From Geosiphon pyriformis uo1 (taxonomy: Eukaryota > Fungi > Glomeromycota), in NCBI GenBank assembly GCA_016748015.1, contig JAAOMT010000563.1, forward strand, positions 248,001-312,000: a DNA stretch of 64,000 nt. The letters run 5' to 3'. Of this stretch, positions 24,625-37,070 are shown one piece after another. Each line of letters opens with the position of its first letter. Position 1 is the stretch's first letter. A program made the position numbers and the translations under genes. A model generated the notes under the pieces. The model was not told where the DNA came from. It did not search any database and saw only the letters and a program-made list of their open reading frames with translations.

Positions 24625-25491
24625 TGTTACGGAATGGTTTTCTTGTTATATTTAATTGCTGATATTCCGCTTTAATTGCAATCAGTCTTTTGTGAGTCTC
24701 TCAATTCTATTTGTGTGATAATGTCACTGTCACACTGAAGACTTTTTTTTTACTGTTGTGATGTAAGTTATTCTTTAATTCTTGATTGTTGTGTGTGTTT
24801 ATGTACTCCTTCTCAGAGGCTAAACTGAAATCTACCCACTGTCTGGGGTCTTCTCTGAGGCTATCCTTGCAATTGCCTGATGTGTTTCTCTAATCTAGAA
24901 ACACAGAATGTTAATAGTCTTTAGTGCTTTTCTAATTCTCACAATAAAGCTTTTATCAATTAATAACAACATGAATAATCTTGATCAAGAATTATTCTTC
25001 CAAGGGATTCAGTTGATGAATGATAGTTTCATTCAATAAATAATACAAGTAAGTTTCTTAATACTTTGGGTTGTGATAGTTCCATTTTAAATATTCTTTT
25101 TCATTTCTTTTTGATTTTTAAAGGTTTTTTGAGATATTTAATTTGAAAGTATGATTTAAAGTGGAGTTTGTTGGATAAAATTGGATCTGTTGCTTGATAA
25201 GTTATGATTTTTATTACTTGATTGATTATTTCCCAATATTAAAACTACTGTATATATACATGTTTGTAGTTCTACGAGAAAATACTTTCTTTTTGATATT
25301 TCAACCTGGTGTTTGCTGCTATCACCAGTTGGTGTTGGCTGCTATTGTAAACTGGTGCTTGCCACTATCGCGAAATGGTGTTTGCTACTATGTTAATCAT
25401 TACCTTTCTAAGATTATTACTGTGCTATATTATGATTGAATAGTTTGTATTATTTTTATGATTCTTTTTGCTAAATTCTTAAACTGTAACA
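24625..25491 (-). repeat. LTR with a PBS downstream and a PPT upstream (on the - strand)
   Basis: PBS at 24605-24624; PPT at 25492-25506. Confidence 0.93.
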
Positions 25492-25506
25492 TTATCCCCT
25501 CCTTTC
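25492..25506 (-). promoter_or_regulatory. Polypurine tract GAAAGGAGGGGATAA
   Basis: Immediately precedes the LTR start TGTTACAG on the - strand. Confidence 0.85.
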
Positions 25507-25817
25507 AAGATTGAGCTCCGTCAAAATTGAAGTTAATTTCTTCATTAAATTCTAAGTTACTATAGTGATTCAATACTGTGTTATTAATTTGTTGTTGTAA
25601 TTCTTGAAATTGCGAGTTGGTAAGTCGTCCAATACTGTTGGTTGTTATTATGTTCATGGTTGGGTCCAACAATAATTTGTGACAGTTTTCAAATGCTTTG
25701 AAAATTCTGTAAACTGTTTTTAAATGGAATGTAGTGTTGGTTTTTCCAATGAAAGGTTCTAATAGTTGGATAGTTGTTTTGTCAAACACTCTAGTTGAGT
25801 CTTTTGAGTATAATGTT
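25505..25817 (-). CDS. ORF3, 3' part (belongs to the outer element, inverted)
   Basis: Continues the 17054-17357 sequence; its stop codon abuts the PPT. Confidence 0.6.
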
Positions 25818-25966
25818 TNNNNNNNNNNNNNNNNNNNNNNNNNNNNNNNNNNNNNNNNNNNNNNNNNNNNNNNNNNNNNNNNNNNNNNNNNNNNNNNNNN
25901 NNNNNNNNNNNNNNNNNNNNNNNTTTTTATGGTTGTTAAATCATTTTTGCTGTGATCTAAGATTAA

Positions 25967-26434
25967 TTATCTTTTCGAATAATGTTCAATTAAAACTATT
26001 GGTTCTAAATCTCGTGGAATTTGTTCTGGTAGAATTAAAGGTAATTGTGTTCCAATTCTGGGTGTTTTTGTTGTTATTACTGGTTTACTGTAATAGAATT
26101 TCAGCCGGTTACCATGTGCTGCTTTTCTTAATATTTTATCATCTAGTCTTAGCTTGTATGCTCTATTTTCAAGTATTTTGTGAATATAAAATGGTCCATC
26201 CCACTTGTGATCAAATTTTCTACTCCACTGTTTTTCCATTTTTGTACGATGCAACAATACTTTATCTCCAATTTTGTAGCTAATTATATTATCTGGTAAC
26301 TGGTTATCATGTCTCACTTTTTGTTGTTCTTGTGATTGTTCAATATTTTGTGCTGCTTTTCTTCTTTTGTTTTCTAAAGTTCCCATTAATTCATATGTTC
26401 TTTTAAGTAGTGTTTCCTGGAATGTTGCTTCCGT
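25967..26434 (-). pseudogene. C-terminal remainder of the outer element's integrase (inverted)
   Basis: Starts ACGGAAGCAACA, exactly where the + strand integrase broke at 16155. Confidence 0.9.
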
Positions 26435-27304
26435 TGTTATTGTTTAAGAATTTAGCAAAAAGAATCATAAAAATAATACAAACTATTTAATCATAATATA
26501 GCACAGTAATAATCTTAAAAAGGTAATAATTAACATAGTAGCAAACACCATCTCGCGATAGTGGCAAGCACCAGTTTACAATAGCAGCCAACACCAACTG
26601 GTGATAGCAGCAAACACCAGGTTGAAATATCAAAAAGAAAGTATTTTCTCGTAGAACTACAAACATGTATATATACAGTAGTTTTAATATTGGGAAATAA
26701 TCAATCAAGTAATAAAAATCATAACTTATCAAGCAACAGATCCAATTTTTATCCAACAAACTCCACTTTAAAAATCATACTTTCAAATTAAATATCCCAA
26801 GAAACCTTTAAAAATCAAAAAAAAATGAAAAAAAATATTTAAAACAGAACTATTACAACCCAAAGTATTAAGAAACTTACTTGTATTATTTATTGAATGA
26901 AACTATCATTCATCAACTGAATCCCTTAGAAGAATAATCCTTGATCAAGATTATTTACGTTGTTACTAATTGATAAAAGCTTTATTGTGAGAATTAGAAA
27001 AGTGCTAAAGACCATTAACATTCTGTGTTTCTAGATTAGAGAAACACATCAGGCAATTGCAAGGATAGTTTCAGAGAAGACCCCAGACAGTGGGTAGATT
27101 TCAGTTCAGCCTCTGAGAAGGAGTACATAAACACACACAACAATCAAGAATTAAAGAATAACTTACATCGCAACAGTAAAAAGAAAGCCTTCAGTGTAAC
27201 AGTGACATTATCACACAAATAGAATTGAGGAACTCACGAAAAACTGATTGCAATTAAAGCAGGATATCAGCAATTAAATATAACAAGAAAACCATCCCGT
27301 AACA
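26435..27304 (+). repeat. Right-most LTR
   Basis: TGTTATTG...CGTAACA followed by the TSD CCAG. Confidence 0.95.
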
Positions 27305-28630
27305 CCAGCCACCAACCTGGAAGATCATATTACTAATCTCAAAGGCAGTACAGCCAGGAGGAAGGTTGACCAACTTGGCCTTAAACCTATCATGAGACAC
27401 AATTGTTTCTTGTTGATTCACCAGAGGGAGGATTCTAACACTATCCTTGTCCACCAAAACTAACCAATAATTTAAAGCAGATACAGCAGAGTCCAACTTT
27501 TCAAAATGAACCACCACATACTGCCAAATGCCAGCAGACTTCAGCACAACACGAATGACACTTCCAAACACACTGAAAGCTGTCTTAATGTTAGCAGCAA
27601 ATACACCCAAGAGCACATTACGCAGTGCAACAGCAGCAAAAGGAGAATCAGACTCAGAAATCACCAAAGACTTGGCAATTTTGAGGGTGGCCAAATGTAC
27701 AAAGCTCGTAAGTTCAACCAAAAATACAGCTTCCAAAGACACTTGAGAAGCAAACTTCACACAAAACAGCTTCATATTGTCTTTTGATACTGACTTTGCA
27801 CCCAAGAAACCATGTATTGACTGAAAAACAGCCTTAACATAAGCCAATTTGATTTTAAAGGTAGCACCAGGCACCAGAATAGAGGCCACCCACCCAGCAA
27901 ACTTTTGATGACTAGTAATAGTTTCCTAAGCACCACCAAAAGTAGCACCAAAAACTAAAGAAAGAGATGATTTAGTTTCCATTTGATCAGCCCAATTCTC
28001 AAGAACAGGTAATCCAACAGAAGGAGATTGTTTTGCCTCTAAAACTGGTAAGGATCTGCCAGAAAACACCACATTTGGCAACACAGCCAGTGATTAATCT
28101 AAGCCTATCTTAAACAATATGCCAAATGATGCTATGAAAATTTCATTTAAGATCTCATTGAGAACCACAAAAAGGTTTGGTGTAACAATAGCAAAGACAA
28201 GTGATTGCTCTCATTTTTCTGAACTTTTGGTCTTTTTGACTATTTTTTTTGAAGAGGTAATACTAGAAACACCAGGTGTTGAATCTATAGAGGGGAAAAC
28301 CAGCTTATTTACTGGTCTATTATTAAAAACTTTTGGGCTTTTAGTCAGGGTGGAGGCAACACTGGGACTAACCCAAGTGTGTCTCTTTGAGGAAATTTTG
28401 ATTGATAAGAAACCAGCCAAAGATGAAGAAGTTGCTTCAGTGGCTACCAAAGGCAGCTTATCACAATTACTGGGTAGGGAAAAGGCTTTTAAAACGTTTT
28501 GCCTAGTTGCTTCTACAACAGAGAGAGCTCCTTTGGTTGAAATTTTATTAGATATTTCAGGACAGATACCAGGTGCAGCTTTTTTACTCTTTGCTCTGAT
28601 CATGATCATAAAATTAAGGAGACAAAGAAT
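27305..28630 (-). mobile_element. ORF1-only element copy B, 5' part
   Basis: ATG at 28609 (MIMIRAKSKKAAPG...), in frame with the 27889 fragment; NWADQME motif and RRM-like segments. Confidence 0.9.
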
Positions 28631-29216
28631 TTAATATTATACATTAATATTAATAATTGTTTTTTGGTTAATTAAAAAGTAATAATAGTAGTTATTATAA
28701 AAATTGGCAAATAATAAAAGCTTTAACACAAATTTATTGTTAAAAGTTTTTGTTAATAGTAAAAAACACTAAAACTGTTGTTATTGGGTTTTTAAAAAAA
28801 TTTTTAACTAAAAAAAAACTTTTAATCAAAAGAAGTATAATAATTAGAGAAAAATTTTTGTGTAACTATTTTTATTATCAAGAAAACTTTTTTGATTATT
28901 GTTTTTTTTAATTGTAATAACAGAAATAATAATTACTTTTTTTTTGCTTTGATTTTAAATATAAGATTTACAAAACTAAAAGATAAAAAAAGTTTTAAAT
29001 CATAGATTTATCATTTTTAAAAACATAAAAAAAAAATATTTTTTTAATTAAATTAACAAAATTGAAATTTAAAATAAGTTGCAAATAATACAAAATAAAA
29101 ATTTATTAAATTTATTAATTAAAAAAATCATTAAAAAATTTACAATAAATTAATACATAAATACGTATATAAACATTAAATTTATTAAATTTATTTAACA
29201 TATATTTAATAATAAA

Positions 29217-29275
29217 TATATAACTATTTATAAATTTAATATTATATAACTATTTATAAATTTAATATTATATAA
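29217..29275. repeat. Short tandem repeat, ~26-bp unit TATATAACTATTTATAAATTTAATAT x2+
   Basis: Direct inspection. Confidence 0.6.
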
Positions 29276-29309
29276 TTATTAATATTTAATAATTTAATAA
29301 ATTAAACAG

Positions 29310-29500
29310 GAATAAGGTTAAGGAAAAGGTCTCACGGAGTATGTTGAGAAAATGTAGCATATGGTTAGGCCATGGGTGTACGGAAACCTCTGCAAATGAT
29401 GGCCGACGTTGGTAGGTATTTAGCTGTACTGTAGAGTAGTCTTGATCGGCTCGTGTAGGTGGTCACGTGTCTTGAGCGCATAAAAAATAAAAATAAAAAT
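29310..29500 (+). mobile_element. SINE-like or 5'-truncated LINE island
   Basis: GC-richer, CpG-retaining ~170 bp island ending GTAGTCTTGATCGGCTCGTGTAGGTGGTCACGTGT plus a (TAAAAA)n tail; resembles the shared LINE 3' tail. Confidence 0.5.
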
Positions 29501-29915
29501 AGGTAATAACTTTATTGTAAATTTATTTATTTATTTTAAATAATTTAATTTTGTGTTTTAATAATATTTGAATTAAGATAGATAGATAGATTTTAATAAT
29601 ACTTACATAGAACATTTATATAATATATTACAATTAATTAAAAATTTGCAAAAAACTGTTATACTTTTTATTATAAAATGGGGTTCATTTTTTTAAATTA
29701 ATGATTAAATTAAAGATATTCAATTAGTAATTTATTAATAATAAGTAAAATAATTTTTAGCATTTAGTTTTATGTATTTAATTAAATAAATTAATTATTA
29801 TACTAAATTTTTTCATTTATAATTAAATCATAATATTTTAAATAATTTAAGTTTCCAATAATTAAAAATTACTAATAGTACATAGTGTATGATAAATGAG
29901 TTGTACGAGAATAAG

Positions 29916-29916
<1 letters not shown>

Positions 29917-29957
<41 letters not shown>
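29917..29957. repeat. (TAA)n microsatellite
   Basis: About 13 perfect units. Confidence 0.9.
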
Positions 29958-30767
29958 TGTACAAAAATTATTCTAATAAATGTTTTTAATAATTAATTTT
30001 AATTACAATTTAATTTAGAATTATATTATTTTTTAAAGTCCAAAAATATTTTAGCAAATAAAATCCAAGAAAAACGACAAACTTAATTTGGAATAAATAA
30101 AGAAAAAATTCTTTTTTCAGCCTGATATAAAATATTGATTTTTTTCAATATCCGAGTTTTTAAACTCAGATATTTTAATAAAAAAACATTTAAACTATCC
30201 AATTTAATTTAATCATAAATCCTTTTTAACTAAAATTGAGAATGGTTTAAGTATATATAAGTTTTTGCGAAAGATTGAGATTCAAGCTGGACTACACCGT
30301 CAGCAAAAAAAAAAAAAAATCAAAAACCTTTTATATTTACGCGGTGGAAAATTTTAAACTTAAATTTTTTATAGATCGGAGAATTTTTTCTTTGAATGTT
30401 TGTGTGAGATATTAACAATTCAAAAAAGGCAAGATACTTTATAAAAAGAATATCTAGGACGCGTCGCGGCATCAAATTTCTGAAAGCGGTCGAGAAAATA
30501 ACTTGTGGCCACAAAAAAGGCCCGATTCGTTGCTCAAAGAAAAATCTTAGTTGGAAGCGTGTCACAAATATTAATCCTTATAGGCTATGTACTTTGTACG
30601 CAACTTTGCAATCTACATCGCACACGGATCACAAAAATTTCCAACATGTTTTTCATAAATCAAGTCTCGATACTACACGTACAATTGAAGGCTTCCATTA
30701 TAATATAGTAGCCTTGCTTTGCTTCTCATTATCCGCGGCGATTTCTCAAAAGCCTTAATATATTGTA

Positions 30768-32144
30768 ATGGCGCCCCCGTTAGCGGAATCGCACAGTTTA
30801 GAAAAAAAACATCTTACAAAAGAGGAATTTCAACGAAGAATAAGGAACGGTCAGTCATTAATAATCTACAATAAAAAGGTTTATCGCCTGGACAAATGGA
30901 TAAAGTATCATCCTGGTGGTTCGTTAGCTATTCAGCATATGGTGGGAAAGGACGCGACCGACGAAATAAATGCTTTCCATCCTTCAAATGTCTATCAAAA
31001 GCAAATTCATAATTTTTACATCGCCGAATACTCTGAAAACAATTTAAAAGCTACGCAAGAGCAAAAGACTATTGAACTGGCATATCAAAGATTGGAAGGA
31101 AAAATTCAAAAGAATAATTTATATAAATGTAACTATATCAACTATGCTTATGAGTGTTCTCGTTACATTTTGTTGATAACGATTGCATGGGTTCTCTTAC
31201 TCTACGGAACCTCTACCATGCATTATATGACCAGTGCTTTTTTCCTTGGGGCGTTCTGGCATCAACTGGCTTTTACTGCCCACGATGCTGGACATAATGG
31301 TATAACTCATAATTTGTTGGTAGACAGCTTAATTGGAATTTTTCTTGCAAACTTTTGTGGTGGTTTAAGTATAGGATGGTGGAAGAGGAGTCATTATGTT
31401 CACCACATTGTCACTAATGATCCCGAACACGACCCTGATATTCAACATCTGCCCTTCTTTGCGGTTTCTACGAAATTTGTTGAGAATATTTATTCTTCCT
31501 ATTATAAACGAACTTTGCCGTTTGATGGATTCGCGAAATTCTTTATCCCTTTTCAACACTATCTTTATTATCCAGTACTTTGTTTCGGCAGATTTAATCT
31601 TTATTTTCTATCAATTCATCATCTGAGCACCTCGGATCATGCACCATTTCGTAAGCTGGAATCGATCGGGATGATTTTTTTTGGAGTCTGGTTTTCCTAT
31701 ATGCTATCATATTTACCTTCTTGGAAATTGATTATCGCTTACATTCTCATCTCGCACATGGTGACAATGATCTTGCATGTACAAATCACGCTATCTCATT
31801 TTGGTATGTCAACCGAAGTTCTCGGACCCGAAGAACCATTTCCAGCAAAAATGATGCGTACAAGTATGGACGTTGATTGTCCTTGGTGGATGGACTGGTT
31901 TCATGGTGGACTACAATACCAAGTTATTCATCATTTGTTCCCGCGAGTACCACGACATAATTTGCGTGCATGTCAACCTTTTGTTCGCGAATTCTGCAAG
32001 GAAACGGGAATTACTTATAATATCTATGGATTTGTAAAAGGGAACGAGGTTGTCCTGAGCGCGTTGAAAGATATAGCGAATCAAGTCGAATTACTTTCAC
32101 GCGTGGCTAAATCACATGGTGAACGGCATTTTCCATGTGATTAA
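30768..32144 (+). CDS. SLD1: Cytochrome b5-fused front-end desaturase, most like fungal delta-8 sphingolipid desaturase (intronless)
   Basis: HPGG; His boxes HDAGH, HYVHH, QVIHH; TNDPEHDPDIQHLP. Confidence 0.88.
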   Translation: MAPPLAESHSLEKKHLTKEEFQRRIRNGQSLIIYNKKVYRLDKWIKYHPGGSLAIQHMVGKDATDEINAFHPSNVYQKQIHNFYIAEYSENNLKATQEQKTIELAYQRLEGKIQKNNLYKCNYINYAYECSRYILLITIAWVLLLYGTSTMHYMTSAFFLGAFWHQLAFTAHDAGHNGITHNLLVDSLIGIFLANFCGGLSIGWWKRSHYVHHIVTNDPEHDPDIQHLPFFAVSTKFVENIYSSYYKRTLPFDGFAKFFIPFQHYLYYPVLCFGRFNLYFLSIHHLSTSDHAPFRKLESIGMIFFGVWFSYMLSYLPSWKLIIAYILISHMVTMILHVQITLSHFGMSTEVLGPEEPFPAKMMRTSMDVDCPWWMDWFHGGLQYQVIHHLFPRVPRHNLRACQPFVREFCKETGITYNIYGFVKGNEVVLSALKDIANQVELLSRVAKSHGERHFPCD

Positions 32145-32598
32145 TTGGTTAATTAATTCACACATGCAAAGAATAAATAGAATTTGGCTACGAGCTAAGT
32201 AAAAAAAAAAGTATTGAGAACTCTTGAATTATTTAAAATCATGTTAAGGAATGAGTTTTCAAATGAGATTCTAGTGGGCAAGAATAAAATGATCAAAAGT
32301 TTCAAGATTTTGATATTTAAAATATTGAAAGAAAAATTGACACCATTTGGTTATAAACATAAAATCATTAGCACTTTGGAATTTTTTATATTAACTTAAA
32401 TTTCAACGAATGAGTACTGAATTGAAAACCCAAGGTTTTAAATAAGTGTGAATTTGATGATTGTAACCATATTCACATTCAATTGGTAAAATAGATTCGT
32501 CTATTATTATCTGGCAAATGTTGGTGGATCTAGGACTAAACCCTTTATTACGATTTAAATAAGTTTTTGTTTATAATTTATTATTTTTAGAACTTATT

Positions 32599-35500
32599 TT
32601 AATCACTTTTCACGGGTACTTTCTATTAAAGATAAAAATTTAAGATAATTTAGACAAAATCAAGGACTCGATGATTGATTGGCATTTTATTTCGAAAAAC
32701 TTACCTCCAAGTCCCATATTTGTTCGGCGTATTCATCAATTGCTCTAGTTACAATTTTAAAAAAATGTAATTTCGTTAGAAATTAAGAAATCAATGGTCC
32801 AAATATTAGTGTTCATTACCTGTCGCTGGAAAAGAAACCCATCCGTGCTGTGCAAAGGATACTTTTCCTTGCCCAGTCTTCTTCATTTTTGTATGCCTCA
32901 TCCACCAATTTTTGAGCGTCAAGGTATGAACCGAAATCGTCCGAGATGAGATAGTAATCCTTACCGAATGTGATCGTGTTAATTAGTGGGGCAAAGATGC
33001 GTTGTTCGCCAAAATGACCGGATTCAATGTCTGTGATGACGGCTTGTAAAGCAGGATCAATGGGAACCTGGCGATATCTTGTAAAGAGAAATTGAGGTTA
33101 TTAAATTGTGAATCCACACAGTTGAGATTGTAATTATAATATTACCTATGATCGTGTCTTAAATCCTCAACTTCGTCAGATAAATGTCCAAACAAGAAGA
33201 TGTTATCGGTTCCGATCTCCTCATGAATCTCAATATTGGCCCCATCCACCGTACCAAGAATCAAGCCACCGTTTAACACAAATTTCATATTACTAGTTCC
33301 TGACGCTTCAGTACCAGCCGTTGATATGTGTTGTGAAATGTCTGAAGCAGGAACAATAATTTCTGCAAGTGAAACGTTATAATCAGGAATGAAAACCACC
33401 TTGGGAAAAGAAACAGGGTTAAAGAGAAAAGACCAATTTGATGAAAAAATTTAAAAAAGTGAGAGCCCGACTATACCTTCAAAAGATCTTCAATGGTTTC
33501 GTCTTTATTCACAACTGCAGCTACATTGTTGATAAGTTTAATCACCAATTTGGCGATATAGTAACCTGGAGCGGCTTTACCACCGAAAATGACCACTCTT
33601 GGGACCACATCTTGTCTTTCTTCAGGGGTCAGTTTTCTTAGGTAATTATATCGGTGTATAACGCTATATATATATTAAAAGGTAAAATATTAATGAAGGG
33701 AAAAAGACCACTTCAGCAAAAAAAAAATCTCCATACCCAAGAATATTCATGAATTGTCTTTTGTATTCATGAATTCGCTTAACTTGAACGTCAAACAAGG
33801 CATTTGGATTCACATCGATTCCGGTATGAGATTTGATATAATCAGCTAAACGAACCTATTAAACGGCAATATGACGAGTGGAGCTTATCAAAATCGAATT
33901 CGACATTCAGACTTTCTATAATTTGAAGGCTTCAAATACCTTATTGGAATGCTTAACAGCGACCCAACGACGCCGAAAATCCTTGTTCTTAACATGGGAT
34001 TCCAAATTCTTTAATAGGCTCAAATCCTGAGAGTGATTCAAAGATATTAGGAAGCTGAGGATCAAAGAAACTATATCAGAAAATATATTGATTTACCTTC
34101 AGCCAATGCTTATTTCCAATAGCTTCGGTAATTAATTCACTTAATTTCGGATTAGCTTGATGTAACCACCTGTAACAAAAAATCGGGTTAGATTAGGAAT
34201 TCAAAACAAGTATACTAAATTTTGATATACCGTCGAGGAGTGATGCCGTTAGTTTTGTTCTCAAATTTCTTAGGACCATAATATTTGACAAAATCTTTAA
34301 AAATCTAAATGACAAGAAAAAGCATATTAGCTTATATATATAATTTAGGTGAATTTAACTAAAAATGCTTATTTACCGTGGCTTTGATCAAATTTGAATG
34401 AAGGGCAGCAACGCCGTTGACTCGGTGAGAACCTATAAGAAATTTATTTAAAGATTATGAGGTTTAGGTAATTGATATACAAGGAATATTAGTTTGACTC
34501 TTACCAACAATAGCGAGATGAGCCATCCGGACAAATTGTGGAGTTGCTTCTTCAATGATGGATAATTTTGCCAGTATATCCCGATCCTTGGGAAAGGCTT
34601 TTTCCACATTTTGCAAGAAGAACTAGAAATAAGATAAAATCTGAATTATAATTGAAGACTTTTGAATAATTAAATATAATAATCTTACTAAATTGATGTC
34701 GAAAATAATCTGCATATGCCGAGGCAATAAATATTCGACCATTGGGACTGGCCATTTTTCCATTGCTTCCGGAAGAACAGTGTGATTGGTAAATGCGAAT
34801 GTACGTGTTACAATATTCCATGAATCATCCCATGTAAGACCCTAGTTGTCCAGATTCATTAGAAATGGTATACTTGAAAGAAAATAACCGAGTATTAGAT
34901 ATCCTTACTTCCTCGTCAACTAAAATCCTTTGTAGTTCAACAATGGCAAGAGTTGGATGGGTATCTAGAAAATGAACATGAGGTTAAACATTGGCTTTAA
35001 TTTTATTAGCATGTTTTAAACGTTATTTTTGGATTTACCGTTAAGTTGAATGGCAACCTGATCTGGGAATTGAGCCCATGGACGGCTTGTCTTTTTGAAG
35101 CGACGTATTATATCATGAAGACTTGCAGCAACCCAGAAATATTGTTGTTTCAGACGCAGTTCCTTTCCGACCATGTGATTATCGTTTGGATAAAGGACGG
35201 CGGTGATATTTTCAGCTTTCATCTGTTCCTGAACAGCTTGTTCATATTCACCTTCATTGAAACGACCTAGATCAAATTGTTTTTTGGGTTTACTGCTCCA
35301 AAGACGTATGTTGATGCAGTTTTTGGTACCATAACCGGGAATTGGGACATCATAGGCGATAGCCTGCACCGAGTCACCTCCTTCCCAGCTGGCTCTTTCT
35401 CGACCAGTCTCATCAGTATATTTATTAACGTAGCCAGCAAATCGAACTTCAATCGCGATATCAAGACGAGGTAATTCCCATGCATTATCAAAGTTTAGCC

Positions 35501-36666
35501 AATAATCCGGAAATTCCACTTGGTAGCCGTCCTTTATTCTAAAGGACAAGGATTTTAATCGATTTATTAAATTGATTTCCATAAGAAAACGTAAATCAAG
35601 CTTGAGAAATTGATAGGATTATGATCCTTACCCTTGTTGGAAAATACCATATGTGTATCGAAGACCATAACCCCAAGCTGGATAATCCAAAGTTGCCAAT
35701 GAATCCATGTAGCAAGCCGCAAGACGGCCTAAACCACCGTTCCCGAGAGCGGCGTCGACTTCCTGTTGAAGAATATCTTCCATTCTGAAGCCGAGTTCCT
35801 TAACACCCTCTATTTCATGTATTAATGGTGTTAAATAATTTTTGAATGGATCAAATGAGGATAGGTCTGTGATGATGTTTGAATGTTACCGCCATATTGT
35901 TCTTTCAAACCGAGGTTGAGCAAAGCATTGTCCAAAGATCTGCCAAGAAGGAATTCCAAAGAGAAATAATAGACCCGTTTTTTGTCAGCTTCGGTGTGTG
36001 CCTTAAAAAATGAGAAATCTCTAAAGTTAAAATTAAGGATTTGCGAGTTTTTTTACTGATAAAGTTATTTAAATTTGACCAGATGGAAGCTACACAAAAT
36101 TATTCGTGACTTTTACAGTTTTCATTCATACAAGCTAGTACATTAAAAACATGAATTCATGTAATCACATAAAATAATAAAAGCCCGAGGAAAGTTACCT
36201 GTTGAGTGGCATTCCACCTTTCAATCAGTTTATCCCGGACACTGTGAAACGTGGAAACGGAAGTGAATTGATTTTTGATTGCTGTATCTTTTTGTTGGTC
36301 AATAAAGATTAATCATACCTGTGAGCTGTTGCTTGATACGCACTAAAGTTGTCGATGTTATAAATTGAGCGGGCTAGTGTACTATTCACATGGTGAACAA
36401 AAGATTTTTGAAAGTTTTCTTTGGCTTGAGGCAAGAAAAGGATTACGAGGTTAAGTACAACTCCAGGTGAGAGATAGTGGAAAATAGGTTGCAAAAAAGC
36501 TAAGCATACTGGCAGGTTCTCCAGCCTCAAACTTTTCCCAGATTGCCAAAGCTTCTTTCGGCCACTTTGCTTTTTCTTTCTTCAAGTCTTGTTTTCCGAA
36601 ACCAGTAAAGGTACGTTTATGATGTCTTTTGCCTTCTGGGGAAGTTTCGATTTCCGTAGTGGCCAT
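32599..36666 (-). CDS. GPH1: Glycogen phosphorylase (multi-exon)
   Basis: N-terminal KRTFTGF; [47 protein letters not shown] (PLP-Lys), [14 protein letters not shown] introns; last exon KVPVKSD* inferred. Confidence 0.95.
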
Positions 36667-37070
36667 GTTAATAATATCGTAATAACTAATGCTCGAGTTG
36701 TTTTTCAACGAAGACTAGGAACCTTAAAGAGGGCGTGGGGAATAAAAAATTTAGGTGAATCTAAGTTTTATATAAAAATCTCGAGGAATTCTCGCGATCC
36801 TTAATAACCAATCAATCAGTAGCGATAAAATACTATCAGATCCTAAAAACCAGGGATCAGTGATTCAATGTTCAAAAAAGACTAGTTTTCATTTCAAAGG
36901 TGGTCAAATATTGGAAGATCTCTGAGGAATATACAAAATCGTCATCATTACTCCTTGATTGCAGTGAGATTTTCAAAAGATTAGAGTATAATTGCATCAT
37001 TTGCTAGTAATCAGCTCTGGCATTTATCATCAAATCTCTTAAACATCGAATTTCCTAAATCCACCTCGGA

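Larger units (their letters stand above)
16156..25491 (-). mobile_element. Nested sibling Gypsy element (inner, opposite orientation)
   Basis: LTRs 16156-16903 (running into an N gap) and 24625-25491. TSD ATGG (16152-16155) / ACGG (reverse complement of 26431-26434). Internal region is near-identical to the outer copy. Confidence 0.93.
8580..27304 (+). mobile_element. Ty3/Gypsy LTR retrotransposon (outer element) containing a nested sibling
   Basis: LTRs 8580-9435 and 26435-27304 (TGTTA...TAACA). 4-bp TSD CCAG at 8576-8579 and 27305-27308; the rejoined flanks align gap-free with the uninterrupted copy at ~62621-62645. Confidence 0.95.

Noticed and set aside
29217-29275. Short direct repeats as a CRISPR-like array
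   Set aside because: Adjacent AT-rich tandem units without spacers, in a eukaryotic context.
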